This document shows, in pieces, positions 45,481 through 54,977 of a DNA stretch of 64,000 nucleotides (position 1 is the stretch's first letter; each line of letters starts with the position of its first letter). Source of the DNA: an uncultured Eubacteriales bacterium. GTDB taxonomy: Bacteria > Acidobacteriota > Aminicenantia > Aminicenantales > Aminicenantaceae. Position numbers and translations under genes: made by a program. The stretch lies in assembly GCA_964538085.1 (NCBI GenBank), contig CAZIDF010000004.1, forward strand, positions 3,118 to 67,117. Reading direction: 5' to 3'. The notes beneath the pieces were generated by a model, which saw nothing but the letters and a program-made list of their open reading frames with translations, searched no databases and had not been told where the DNA came from.

Positions 45481-48400
45481 ATGATAGATAAAATAATCGA
45501 TTATGCACTGAAACATAGGCTTTTGACCATCCTGCTCGTTATGCTGGTATCCCTATGGGGAGTAATCGCTTATACAAAAATGCCGAAGGACATCTACCCT
45601 GATCTGAATGCTCCGTTGGTGGTTATCATCACCGAAAATCCGGGCATGGCCGCAGAGGATGTGGAACGTCTCATCACATTTCCTCTGGAAAGTCTGCTCA
45701 ACGGTGCTCCTCAAGTCACGCGGGTGAGATCAGAATCCGCCACGGGAGATTCCGTCGTCACGGCAGAGTTTGACTGGGGCACGGATATCTATCTTGCCCG
45801 GCAGATCGTATCGAGTAAACTGGAACTCATCGCCGGACGGCTCCCGATCGGAACGACCCGTCCGATCCTCGGACCGGTCTCGTCCCGGATGGGCGAGATT
45901 TTCGAGTTCGCCGTAACCGGCGAGGGAACCGATCCCATGGAGCTGCGGTCGGTCGCGGATTGGACGATCCGGTACAGGCTCCAGGGTGTATCCGGCGTGT
46001 CTTTTGTGATCAACCTGGGCGGCTTTATCAAACAATTCCAGGTCCTTCTCAATCCCGAAATGCTCAAGCACTACGACATCACGATCCATGAAGTTACCGA
46101 GGCGATCGAAAACAGCAATCGCAATTTTTCGGGCGGGATCATTATGAAAGGTTCTCAAGAGGTTTTGATCAAGGGCCTCGGACGCATAGAAACTCTCGAC
46201 CACATCAAAAACACGGTGATCACCTCAAGAAATAATATTCCCGTGCACGTGATGGATGTGGCGGATGTGAAGATAGGGGGAAAATTCAGGAGGGAATCAG
46301 GCAGTCATAACGCCCAAGAATCCGTGTATGTGACAGTCGAGAAACAATACGGCGGAGACACTTTGGCAGCCATCCGGAACATCAAAAATGCTCTCTCCCA
46401 GATCGCCAGGGATCTCCCTGAAACAATCAAGATCAAACCCTTCTACGATCAATCCAAACTGATCGTAAAATCCATCAGACATGTAGAAATTTCCATCCTG
46501 GAAGGGGCTATTCTCATCGTCCTGGTGATGATCTTTTTCATGTGGAACCTGCGGAGTTCCTTGATCGCTTCTTTGACCATCCCCTTTTCCATACTTATTG
46601 CGCTGGTATTTATGTCCATATTCGGGGTTGACCTGACGGTGATGTCAATAGGAGGATTGGCCATAGGCATCGGTAAAGTTGCCAATGGCTCCATCATCAT
46701 GGTCGAGAATATTTACCGAGTTCTAGGAGAAAAAAAAGGTCAAGCTTCCACTCTAGCTCTCACTTCTGAAGCAGCCAAAGATGTGGGGAAATTTCTCTTT
46801 TCCGCCAATCTCATAATTATCCTTGTGTTTCTGCCCCTTTTAACTCTCCGTGGAATCGAAGGCGCGATGTTTCGGCCAACAGCCTTTGCTGTGGCTGCTG
46901 CCCTTTTCGGTTCCCTCCTTCTCAATCTCACTTTAAAACCCGTCCTGGCATCCCTATTCTTGACAGAGAAACACATCAAAGAACGAAAGAATCCGATCAC
47001 GGAATTTCTGAACAAAAAATACAGGGTCATACTTGCCGGAGCTCTCCAGCGCAAAAAAACCATTCTGGTTGCTTTTGTCATTCTCATCATCGGCACCGGT
47101 GTCTCATTCACCTTCCTGGGTAAAGAATTCGTACCACCTCTGGATGAGGGGGCTATCTTGGCTTCAACCGTGATGCTCCCGGAAACTTCTCTGGAAGAGT
47201 CCATGAAGATTGGGACGCAAATCGAAAAGCTATTCCTCTCATTCCCGGAAGTGATATCCGTTTCTCGTACCACAGGGACTGCTGAGGGTTCTGAACATCT
47301 TCATCCCGTCAACCACAGCCATTACAATATCGAACTCCTTCCCAGAGAAAAAAGAAAACGAGATTTTGAAGAAATCACACAAGCCATGCGTAAAGAATTG
47401 GATAAGGTCCCCGGTGTCGCCTACATATTCGAACAGCCCATCGCCAACAAACTGGCTGAGATGCTGACCGGAATCGAGGGACAATTATCCGTTAAGCTTT
47501 TCGGACAAGATCTTTACATCCTGAACGATAAAATCGAGGAGATCCGCAATGTCATATCAGAAATCCAAGGAGTAGCAGACCTCCAGATCGAGCAGACAAC
47601 CGGTATTCCTCAACTTGTAATAAGTCTCAAAAGAGATAAATTAGCCCGATACGGGATTCCAGTTGGGGATGTCGCTGATATCATCGAGACCGCTCTTAAC
47701 GGTATCGAAGTGACGGATGTCTACGAGGTGGACAGGATCACGTCTGTCCTCATCCGGCTTCCTGAGAAATATCGAAATGGCGAGGAAGCCATCAAAAACC
47801 TCCTGGTAGATGCCCCGACCGGGGAGAGAATCCCCCTTTCTGAACTAGTGGAAATAACCAAGAGCGAAGGCCCACAAACCATATTCCGGGAGAATTTGAT
47901 GCGTCGCAAGATCATCCTGTGCAACGTGGTTAAGAGGGATATCGGGAGTTTTGTTAAAGAAGCCCAAGAAAAAATCGAACTTGAGATTGACCTTCCTCCC
48001 GGGTATTTTGTGACCTTCGGCGGACAATTCGAGAGTCAGCAGAGAGCTATGAGCCACCTGACGACCTTGATGCTCATCGTGATCCTGATTATTTTTGTGG
48101 TACTATTTTCCTCGTTCGGTTCGATTTGGCAGGCCTCCCTTATTATCTTAAATATCCCCACTACCCTTATCGGAGGGATTTTGGCCCTTCTGATCACCGG
48201 GCAAACGCTCAATGTTTCCTCTACCATCGGGCTGATCGCCCTCTTCGGCATATGCGTTCAAAACGATGTCATCCTTTTGGCTAAGATCAACGATTACAGA
48301 AGAAAAGGGATAGCGCTGCATCAAGCTGTTGTGGAAGGGGCCATGACGAAATTCAGGCCGATCATCATGACAGACATGGTGATGATCGTTGCGGTTCTTC

Positions 48401-48564
48401 CGATGGCCTTGATTGTCTCAACCGGCGCCGAACTCCATCGACCGCTGGCTACTGTCTATATCGGGGGATTTTTCTTTGCCATCCTGCTCCGCTTGATCGT
48501 CGTTCCCGTCATGTACGAATTCTTCGGCGGTTTGGAAGAAAAACGGAAAAACAAGCTGGCGTAA
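45481..48564 (+). CDS. CusA/CzcA-type (HME-like) RND efflux permease, atypical relay residues
   Basis: The start at ATG 45481 is preceded by GGAG (the ORF-track start at 45460 is a TTG). It is about 1027 aa. The N-terminus IIDYALKHRLLTILLVMLVSLWG...IYPDLNAP is typical of heavy-metal RND pumps. The TM4 segment reads GGLAIGIGKVANGSIIMVEN. Confidence 0.88.
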   Translation: MIDKIIDYALKHRLLTILLVMLVSLWGVIAYTKMPKDIYPDLNAPLVVIITENPGMAAEDVERLITFPLESLLNGAPQVTRVRSESATGDSVVTAEFDWGTDIYLARQIVSSKLELIAGRLPIGTTRPILGPVSSRMGEIFEFAVTGEGTDPMELRSVADWTIRYRLQGVSGVSFVINLGGFIKQFQVLLNPEMLKHYDITIHEVTEAIENSNRNFSGGIIMKGSQEVLIKGLGRIETLDHIKNTVITSRNNIPVHVMDVADVKIGGKFRRESGSHNAQESVYVTVEKQYGGDTLAAIRNIKNALSQIARDLPETIKIKPFYDQSKLIVKSIRHVEISILEGAILIVLVMIFFMWNLRSSLIASLTIPFSILIALVFMSIFGVDLTVMSIGGLAIGIGKVANGSIIMVENIYRVLGEKKGQASTLALTSEAAKDVGKFLFSANLIIILVFLPLLTLRGIEGAMFRPTAFAVAAALFGSLLLNLTLKPVLASLFLTEKHIKERKNPITEFLNKKYRVILAGALQRKKTILVAFVILIIGTGVSFTFLGKEFVPPLDEGAILASTVMLPETSLEESMKIGTQIEKLFLSFPEVISVSRTTGTAEGSEHLHPVNHSHYNIELLPREKRKRDFEEITQAMRKELDKVPGVAYIFEQPIANKLAEMLTGIEGQLSVKLFGQDLYILNDKIEEIRNVISEIQGVADLQIEQTTGIPQLVISLKRDKLARYGIPVGDVADIIETALNGIEVTDVYEVDRITSVLIRLPEKYRNGEEAIKNLLVDAPTGERIPLSELVEITKSEGPQTIFRENLMRRKIILCNVVKRDIGSFVKEAQEKIELEIDLPPGYFVTFGGQFESQQRAMSHLTTLMLIVILIIFVVLFSSFGSIWQASLIILNIPTTLIGGILALLITGQTLNVSSTIGLIALFGICVQNDVILLAKINDYRRKGIALHQAVVEGAMTKFRPIIMTDMVMIVAVLPMALIVSTGAELHRPLATVYIGGFFFAILLRLIVVPVMYEFFGGLEEKRKNKLA

Positions 48565-48570
48565 AAAGAA

Positions 48571-49893
48571 TTATCTGCCGCACAGAATCCTGGAAGTGGC
48601 GGTCAACAGAAAGGCGGAGGCCAGGTTCAGGTCGATGACATGTCTTCTGTCTTTGAGAAACTTTTTCTGCAATTTTTTTCTCAATTTCAGCAGCCTTGAA
48701 AACCGGATCGGGAAATACTTCTCCATACGGCTCACATATTTCCGACTGTAATAGCCCTTGTTTTTGCCGACAGCCTCAAGAATCAAAAGGGCACAGTTTT
48801 TCAAGATCAGTTCTTTCAGAGCTTTTTCCCGTTGTTTTTTTTCATCCAGTTTGGCATCCAAAGATATGGCGATAAAATTCAGCAGCCTGTTTGCGAGGTG
48901 ATCCAGGCTATTTTTCCCCGAGGAAAATGAAAAAATTGTCCTGTGTTTGTTTTTTTGGTCCGTTTCAAGGTCTTGTATATCATCGGCAAGTTGAAGATAG
49001 GTCCCGAAACCAAAACAGAAATCCGCTTCTTTTCCGGTCAATGTCCCACTGACCAAAAATCCATCCGCCAGGACCGAAGTGCCGCCTTTTTCAAAACTGC
49101 AGTCCAGGATATCGACCTCAAAAGGAAGTGTGTGTTCCCTTTGCTGGATCAGGCTTTTGATCTGGGCATTGAATATGGCCAGCATGCTCTGGTAAACACC
49201 CGGGAACTTTTCCCTGTCATATTCTGACTCAATCATTTTGATCAAACGCAGAATCTTTTCTCCATTCCGATTCTCGGGAGGATTTTGCTTTCCTTCCAGC
49301 CAATCCCTCAATCTGCCGATCAGTCTGAGCTTATCCTCCAGAGACAGTGATACATCATCCAGGTAATTGTCCATGTAAGGATAAATCATGCTGTAGGCAA
49401 ACAGGGAATCGCAAAATTTTACTTCCAATCCAAGGTACATTTGAAGGGAATTCATGATCCAGGCATTCCTCAAGGCTTGATAAACATTTTCTATCGCAAA
49501 CTCCGGATCGAACTCTTTGGCTTTCTCGACAAACATCTGGGTAGACCGGACAAAGTCCTCTTGCAACACGATATCCAGAGAGAGTTCGGACATTTCCAGA
49601 AACCGGCGGCTGAATTCTCTGACTTCGGCCACAAAATCGGCCATCCAGGCTTTTTGCTTGTCTTTGACAGCGGGATATTCATCGACCTTTGCAGAGGCTT
49701 CATCGACGAACCGGAACAATTCTTTTTCGATGGCTTTCTGCTGCTTTTCCGGATAAATTTTCCCCATCTCGGGAGGAGCGGATGAGGCCTCTCCCCAAAT
49801 CCGGAGGTATTCTCTCTTGTATCTTGCGATATTCCCTTCGAGCCTTCCGACCTTTTGGGAAAAGGGAAGCGGAACGGTCAAATCTTTTCTCAT
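48571..49893 (-). CDS. Class-1 isoprenoid-synthase-fold protein (function unknown)
   Basis: 440 aa. Two Asp-rich motifs lie about 129 residues apart: YPYMDNYLDD (about aa 171-180) and QLADDIQDLETD (about aa 301-312, a canonical DDxxD). Confidence 0.5.
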   Translation of the reverse strand: MRKDLTVPLPFSQKVGRLEGNIARYKREYLRIWGEASSAPPEMGKIYPEKQQKAIEKELFRFVDEASAKVDEYPAVKDKQKAWMADFVAEVREFSRRFLEMSELSLDIVLQEDFVRSTQMFVEKAKEFDPEFAIENVYQALRNAWIMNSLQMYLGLEVKFCDSLFAYSMIYPYMDNYLDDVSLSLEDKLRLIGRLRDWLEGKQNPPENRNGEKILRLIKMIESEYDREKFPGVYQSMLAIFNAQIKSLIQQREHTLPFEVDILDCSFEKGGTSVLADGFLVSGTLTGKEADFCFGFGTYLQLADDIQDLETDQKNKHRTIFSFSSGKNSLDHLANRLLNFIAISLDAKLDEKKQREKALKELILKNCALLILEAVGKNKGYYSRKYVSRMEKYFPIRFSRLLKLRKKLQKKFLKDRRHVIDLNLASAFLLTATSRILCGR

Positions 49894-50036
49894 CCTCTTT
49901 TAATAAAGGGCCCATTTAAAAATACGAAGAAAGCTCCATTCTGGATTATTTTTTCTTTCCAATTTTTTCCGACAAACTAAAACACAAAGCCCGAATAGCA
50001 TGATTCCTCTCTTGTTCGGAACTCCTTTGTTGAAAA

Positions 50037-50597
50037 TCATAGATGCTCGGTCAGGATTTTGATCCCGATAAAAATCAGGATAAGACCTCCGAACAACTCA
50101 GCCCTTTTGCCGGCAACCCTGCCGATCGTGGCTCCTAACCTTGTTCCTACAAAAGTCATCGCAAAGGCTACTGCTCCGATGATGATGGAGGGATACAGGA
50201 TCTTCTGTTGGATAGCGGCAAAACTCAAGCCCACGGCAAAGGCATCGATGCTGGTGGCAACCGAAAGCAAAATCAGGGTTACACCTTTGGTCGGATCACC
50301 CGGTACTTTTTTTACCGCCTTCCTGTTGCGGAAGGACTCCGCCACCATTTTTCCTCCGATCAAGAGAAGTAATCCGAACGCCACCCAATGATCCAGATCT
50401 CGGATATACTCAAGAAATCCCTGGCCTGCCCACCATCCGACGAGGGGCATCAGGGATTGGAAAAATCCGAAAAAAATGGCCAAACGAAAACTCTGGGTTC
50501 TTTTTAGTCCCCCCGGGAGCACGCTGAGCCCGATCGATACGGCAAAAGTATCCATGGCCAGTGCCAGAGCGACGGGAATAACGAGAAAAAGGTTCAT
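50037..50597 (-). CDS. mntP: Manganese efflux pump MntP
   Basis: 186 aa. MNLFLVIPVALALAMDTFAVSIG and the second-half repeat SVATSIDAFAVGLSFA are the DUF204/MntP duplicated motifs. Confidence 0.88.
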   Translation of the reverse strand: MNLFLVIPVALALAMDTFAVSIGLSVLPGGLKRTQSFRLAIFFGFFQSLMPLVGWWAGQGFLEYIRDLDHWVAFGLLLLIGGKMVAESFRNRKAVKKVPGDPTKGVTLILLSVATSIDAFAVGLSFAAIQQKILYPSIIIGAVAFAMTFVGTRLGATIGRVAGKRAELFGGLILIFIGIKILTEHL

Positions 50598-51784
50598 CAG
50601 GAATTCTGTTCCAAATACGCCAGAGCAATAGCGGTCATTAAAAGCGTTGCCTGGGGAAGAGCTTTTTCGTCAATATCGAACGCCGGATGGTGATGGGGAT
50701 ATGCCATCCCGTCTCCCATGCCAAAAAACATAAAGGCCCCGGGAACTTCCCGGAGAAAATAGGCAAAATCTTCGCCACCCATGACAGGGCTGATTTCTTG
50801 CACCCTCCCCTCTCCAAAAAGGCTTTCGGCGGTCCGGCCCACAAAATCTACCATGCTCTCATCGTTGACAACAGGGGGATAGCCCTTTTCGTACTGAAAT
50901 TCAGCCGTGGCCCCGAAGGCAGCGCAAGTGGCATCGGTTAACTCCTTCAATCGATTCTCGGACAGTTCTTGCACATCGGTGTCAAAACTCCGTACCGTAC
51001 CCGTCATAACCACTTCCTCGGGAATGATGTTGTAAATCGTGCCCCCCTCGATGGTTCCGAAGGAAACAACGACAGGCTTCAAGGGGTCCACATTCCGGCT
51101 GGCGATGCTCTGGATATTCACGACCAGATGAGAAGCCACCAGGATAGGATCCACGGTTTGATGGGGCATGGAACCATGCCCTCCTTTTCCCTGGATGCGG
51201 ATCGTGAATTTATCCGGCTGGGCCATCATGGCCCCCCTCACTAGCCCCACGATACCCGTGGCAAGAGGCTGCCAGAGGTGGAGCCCGAAGATAGCATCCA
51301 CGCCATCCAAAGCGCCCTCTTCTATCATGCCCTTTGCCCCTCCAGGAATCCTCTCCTCGGAAGGCTGGAACAGGAAAACCACATCGCCTTGCAAGTCTTT
51401 TTTTTTCCGACAGAGAAGCTCGATCGCTCCCATCAGGATCGCCATGTGCCCGTCATGGCCACAAGCATGGGTCGCTCCAGGATTTTCAGACAAATACTCT
51501 TTTTCCCCGCTTTCCTTTAGAGGGAGGGCATCGATATCGGCCCGCAAGGCAACGGTTTTCCCCCCGGGTTTTCCCTTCAGCACACCCCGAAGCCCTGTTT
51601 TAGCCATGACCTGGACAGGGATGCCATGATCCTCCAGGAATTTTCGTAAAACCGAAGACGTCCAGTGCTCTTCGAAAGCGGTTTCAGGATGTCGATGAAA
51701 ATCCCGCCGCCAGGCGACCAACTGGCTGGACAGTTTTTCCGTCTCTTTTTTGAGTTCATCCCACATGACTGTCCTCCGATCCAA
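50597..51784 (-). CDS. M20/M40 family amidohydrolase (N-acyl-L-amino-acid amidohydrolase / hippurate-hydrolase-like)
   Basis: 395 aa. It has WRRDFHRHPE, ALRADIDALP and HACGHDGH. Its stop overlaps the mntP start (TGATG). Confidence 0.88.
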   Translation of the reverse strand: MDRRTVMWDELKKETEKLSSQLVAWRRDFHRHPETAFEEHWTSSVLRKFLEDHGIPVQVMAKTGLRGVLKGKPGGKTVALRADIDALPLKESGEKEYLSENPGATHACGHDGHMAILMGAIELLCRKKKDLQGDVVFLFQPSEERIPGGAKGMIEEGALDGVDAIFGLHLWQPLATGIVGLVRGAMMAQPDKFTIRIQGKGGHGSMPHQTVDPILVASHLVVNIQSIASRNVDPLKPVVVSFGTIEGGTIYNIIPEEVVMTGTVRSFDTDVQELSENRLKELTDATCAAFGATAEFQYEKGYPPVVNDESMVDFVGRTAESLFGEGRVQEISPVMGGEDFAYFLREVPGAFMFFGMGDGMAYPHHHPAFDIDEKALPQATLLMTAIALAYLEQNS

Positions 51785-53207
51785 GTTTTTTCACGCTCGT
51801 TGGTTTTGTGCTCAGACTGACCACCAAGGTCACAACGCTGTTTATGGCCAATCCCACAAATCCGGCATTCATGCCGAGGAACGGGTCACGACCGCTGGCG
51901 ATGAGCCCCACCACGATAGCGATCCCCACGACCAGGCCGCTGAAAACCCCTGTTTTGGTAACCCGCCTCCAAAACAGCCCCAGAACGACTCCCGGAAAAA
52001 ACTGGCACACGCCGTCATACCCGAAGATCAGCAGATTGACCAACTCCTCCGGAAAGGCCATCGCAAATACCAGCGCGATGGTCGTTATAACGAGCACCAG
52101 AAACCGGGAAAGCCTCATCACAGTCTCTTCGCTGGCTTTAGGACGAAATCCAGCCTTGTAAACATTCTTTGCCAACAGGGTCGAAGCGAACAACACGAGG
52201 ATCGACGCGGGGACCATGGCCGTTACAGCACCGGCAGCTCCGACAAATCCCATAAACCAGGAAGGATAGGTCCTGTTGACCAGTTCCAGAAAGGCCATGT
52301 CTCCGTTGGCCAAGCCGGGGATGACCAGTAGAGCCGTGAATCCCACCATGAAAATGAGAACGATAGGGATCTGGTAGAGGGGCATGATGATGGCGTTTCT
52401 TTTGATGATGTTGGCGCTTTTGGCAGAAAAGACCGAGCCGAACACATGGGGCCACATGTAGAATCCCAGCCCGGTCAGAAGCAGCGTGGACATCACCCAA
52501 ATAACACCCATATGGGATGTTGACCCAGGAAGAACCAGGTATTGAGGTTTTTGTTCGATCAGGGTACGGAACATGTTGCCGAATCCGCCGAAATATATCA
52601 TCGGCACACCGATCCCGACTACGAGCACGGCCACGATCATCATGATGTCCTTGACGATAGAAACCCAAGCGGTTCCCCTTATCCCGCTGGTGTACACGAA
52701 AATACAGGTCAACACAAAAGAAATGGCGATGGCCAGGCGGGAGGAGATGGCCTGGTTGCTGGCCACTTCCACGATCAATCCCAATCCTGTCAGCTGAAGC
52801 TGTAAATACGGAATAATGGAAAAAACACCGATCAGGGCCACGAAGATCCCCAGGGCCCGGCTGTCATACCGATTGACGAAATAATCGGGCTGGGTGTGCA
52901 GTCCGTATTTTTTGCCTACCTTCCACAGAGCGGGAAGAATAAAAAAGGACAGGGTGTAGGCGAGAGCACCGTAGGACAAGATATAGAATGTGGGCGCCCC
53001 TTTGGAATATGCCCATCCGCTGGCCCCGAGAAAGGTGAACGTCGTGTAGATCTCCCCGGCCATCAATAACCAGATGATGACAATCCCGAACCGCCGGCCT
53101 CCCACTGTCCAGTTCTCCAGATTCATTTTGACATGCCGGCCAGCATAGATGCCCAACAGGGCAGAGAACAGGATGGTGCCCAAAATGATAACGATCGCCG
53201 CGTTCAC
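51756..53207 (-). CDS. Sodium:solute symporter (SSS) family transporter
   Basis: 483 aa with about 13 hydrophobic segments and an SSS-like N-terminus (YAGRHVK..ENWTVGGRRFG). It overlaps both neighbours. Confidence 0.85.
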   Translation of the reverse strand: MNAAIVIILGTILFSALLGIYAGRHVKMNLENWTVGGRRFGIVIIWLLMAGEIYTTFTFLGASGWAYSKGAPTFYILSYGALAYTLSFFILPALWKVGKKYGLHTQPDYFVNRYDSRALGIFVALIGVFSIIPYLQLQLTGLGLIVEVASNQAISSRLAIAISFVLTCIFVYTSGIRGTAWVSIVKDIMMIVAVLVVGIGVPMIYFGGFGNMFRTLIEQKPQYLVLPGSTSHMGVIWVMSTLLLTGLGFYMWPHVFGSVFSAKSANIIKRNAIIMPLYQIPIVLIFMVGFTALLVIPGLANGDMAFLELVNRTYPSWFMGFVGAAGAVTAMVPASILVLFASTLLAKNVYKAGFRPKASEETVMRLSRFLVLVITTIALVFAMAFPEELVNLLIFGYDGVCQFFPGVVLGLFWRRVTKTGVFSGLVVGIAIVVGLIASGRDPFLGMNAGFVGLAINSVVTLVVSLSTKPTSVKKLGSEDSHVG

Positions 53208-53425
53208 CGGTCTTCCCCTTCCTCGGGCGGGTTGTATTTTTTCTCCAGCTTGTAAGCCAAGGCAAGAATAACCGGCGTTAGCACAACCCAGGCCAATAAC
53301 CAGAACAACAAAAAGGGCAAACCCAGGATGATCGGTTCGATCCGGTTGACCAGCGGAAGAGCAAAAACCATGGTGACAAACGGGATTGCCCCGAGGATCA
53401 GAGCGATTCTCGTCCCTTTTTTCAT
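53204..53425 (-). CDS. DUF3311 small membrane protein (SSS-associated)
   Basis: The start was trimmed to MKKGTRIAL (53425), because the ATG at 53449 lies inside the predicted -10 box and GAGGAGG precedes 53425. It has two TM helices and a 4-nt overlap with the SSS gene. Confidence 0.7.
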   Translation of the reverse strand: MKKGTRIALILGAIPFVTMVFALPLVNRIEPIILGLPFLLFWLLAWVVLTPVILALAYKLEKKYNPPEEGEDR

Positions 53426-53447
53426 CCCGACCTCCTCAAGGCTTGCC

Positions 53448-53456
53448 ATTATACCA
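53448..53456 (-). promoter_or_regulatory. Extended -10 promoter element for the DUF3311-SSS-M20-mntP operon
   Basis: The minus strand reads TGGTATAAT, followed by GGCAAGCCTTGAGGAGGTCGGGATG. Confidence 0.45.
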
Positions 53457-53628
53457 AATTAAGTCGATGCCGTCTTTTTGTCATTTTGTTTTGTGATTTT
53501 TTCATCCACAAAAACGATTCTCAAATTCCTTGCTCCACATTAACAAAATCAGCATGTTGCAAGCCTAAGGAGAGCGAAACAACGGCAAGGCGTGAAATCG
53601 GTCCAAAGCAAGCTCGTAAAATTCAAAC

Positions 53629-53658
53629 TTGAAGACAACAGACGCAATATGGTATAGA
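53629..53658 (+). promoter_or_regulatory. Candidate promoter for the second MFP/RND pair
   Basis: TTGAAG (53629-34), an 18-nt spacer, then TATAGA (53653-58) preceded by TGG. This would leave a leader of about 240 nt before the ATG at 53906. Confidence 0.3.
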
Positions 53659-53905
53659 ATATAAAATTCTGCTGAACGCATTTGAATGGATATAAAAAAA
53701 TACTTATACAAACAATCCCTCTGAGGCTTTGTTGAAAAGCCGCATTTTGGAGCCTGGTTCTTGTGCGCTTCTCGGCTGGACGCTCTCATCAAAATACAGC
53801 AGATGATCGGCCAACTGGATAGTCCGATTCAAAGCCTCCTCGATCTTAAAAAAGGGGTCTACGAAACACTGGAAAAAGCTTCCGGATTGGCAAAGGAGCA
53901 ATAGG

Positions 53906-54976
53906 ATGAGCAAACGACGGATATTAGTTGGCTTGATAATAGTCGCGTCTTTGCTGGTTGTCGTCATTTCCGTAACAGTCATAAAATTTAAAACAGCGGA
54001 GGAGAATGTTGAGATGGGCACTGACGTGGCTGTCCACGTCGGAAAGGTCATTCGCGCAACGCTCCACCGCTATGTCACGGCTTACGGGACAGTGGAGCCG
54101 GAGCCGGCCTCAGATGGAAAACCGCCGGCCGCAGCAATCATCGGTTCGCCCATAAGCGGTATCCTTGTCCAGATTAATTGCACCGAAGGCCGCCAGGTTT
54201 CGCAAGGGGATATATTATTCCGCCTGGACAGCCGCGTCGCCGAAGTCGCCCTCCTCGAAGCTCAAAAAAAACTGAAATTTGCCGAACAGACCTATGATCG
54301 CCAGAAAAAACTTCTCGATGGCGATGGAACATCCCTGAAATCTTTTCAAGAGGCAGAAAGTCAATTCAATACCGCCCGGAGCGAGCTGTCTGCTGCTCAA
54401 ACTCAGCTTTCCCTTCTTCAGATCGCGGCTCCTCTAACGGGGACGCTAGTCAAGCTCAACGCTGAACTCGGTCAGTCTGTTGAATCGAATGCGACCTTGG
54501 CTGAGATAATCGACCTTGACCGCTTGGTAGTGGCCGCCGATGTTCCAAGCCGGGAAGCCTCCTTATTGAAGTTGGGCCAGCCTGTCGAACTGGGCTCGGA
54601 GGCTTCCGCCAAAGGCTCTCTGACATTCATCAGCAAAAACATCGATCCTAAGATGGGCACCATCTCGATCCGGACAACCATTCCAACAACGACCGAATTT
54701 CATCCTGGTCGTTTTCTTGATATCCGGATCATTTGTGATGAACACAGGGACTGCCTGGCTGTGCCGGAAGAAAGCCTTATAAGCAGCGAAGAGGAAGGCA
54801 GCTGGATCATGATCGTTCAGGGTGACGAGGCTGTCCGTATGCCTGTGCAGGACGGCTTCCGCGAACGCGGCCTCGTCGAAGTCACAGGAGAAGGCTTGGC
54901 TGAGGGAATGATCATTGTCACAGAAGAAGCCTACAGCCTTCCTTCCGTGACAAAGATCCACATCATCGATCAATAA
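53906..54976 (+). CDS. Efflux RND periplasmic adaptor (MFP/HlyD family)
   Basis: 356 aa, preceded by the SD AAAGGAG. It has an N-terminal anchor, a lipoyl-type SPISGILVQINCTEGRQVSQGDILFRLD, a hairpin and IAAPLTGTL. Confidence 0.88.
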   Translation: MSKRRILVGLIIVASLLVVVISVTVIKFKTAEENVEMGTDVAVHVGKVIRATLHRYVTAYGTVEPEPASDGKPPAAAIIGSPISGILVQINCTEGRQVSQGDILFRLDSRVAEVALLEAQKKLKFAEQTYDRQKKLLDGDGTSLKSFQEAESQFNTARSELSAAQTQLSLLQIAAPLTGTLVKLNAELGQSVESNATLAEIIDLDRLVVAADVPSREASLLKLGQPVELGSEASAKGSLTFISKNIDPKMGTISIRTTIPTTTEFHPGRFLDIRIICDEHRDCLAVPEESLISSEEEGSWIMIVQGDEAVRMPVQDGFRERGLVEVTGEGLAEGMIIVTEEAYSLPSVTKIHIIDQ

Positions 54977-54977
54977 C

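Noticed and set aside
50595-50640. Expected a yybP-ykoY manganese riboswitch upstream of mntP.
   Set aside because: The mntP start overlaps the stop of the M20 gene (TGATG), so there is no untranslated region to host a riboswitch.
53725-53904. Small plus-strand frame ending 1 nt before the MFP start (33 codons from the ATG at 53803).
   Set aside because: It has no ribosome-binding site and no recognisable motif. I mention it only as a possible leader peptide in a finding, not as a gene.
53565-54051. Two minus-strand ORFs (75 aa and 115 aa) in and around the intergenic region upstream of the second MFP gene.
   Set aside because: They have no SD and an odd composition. One overlaps the start of the MFP gene, and the region is better explained as promoter or leader DNA.
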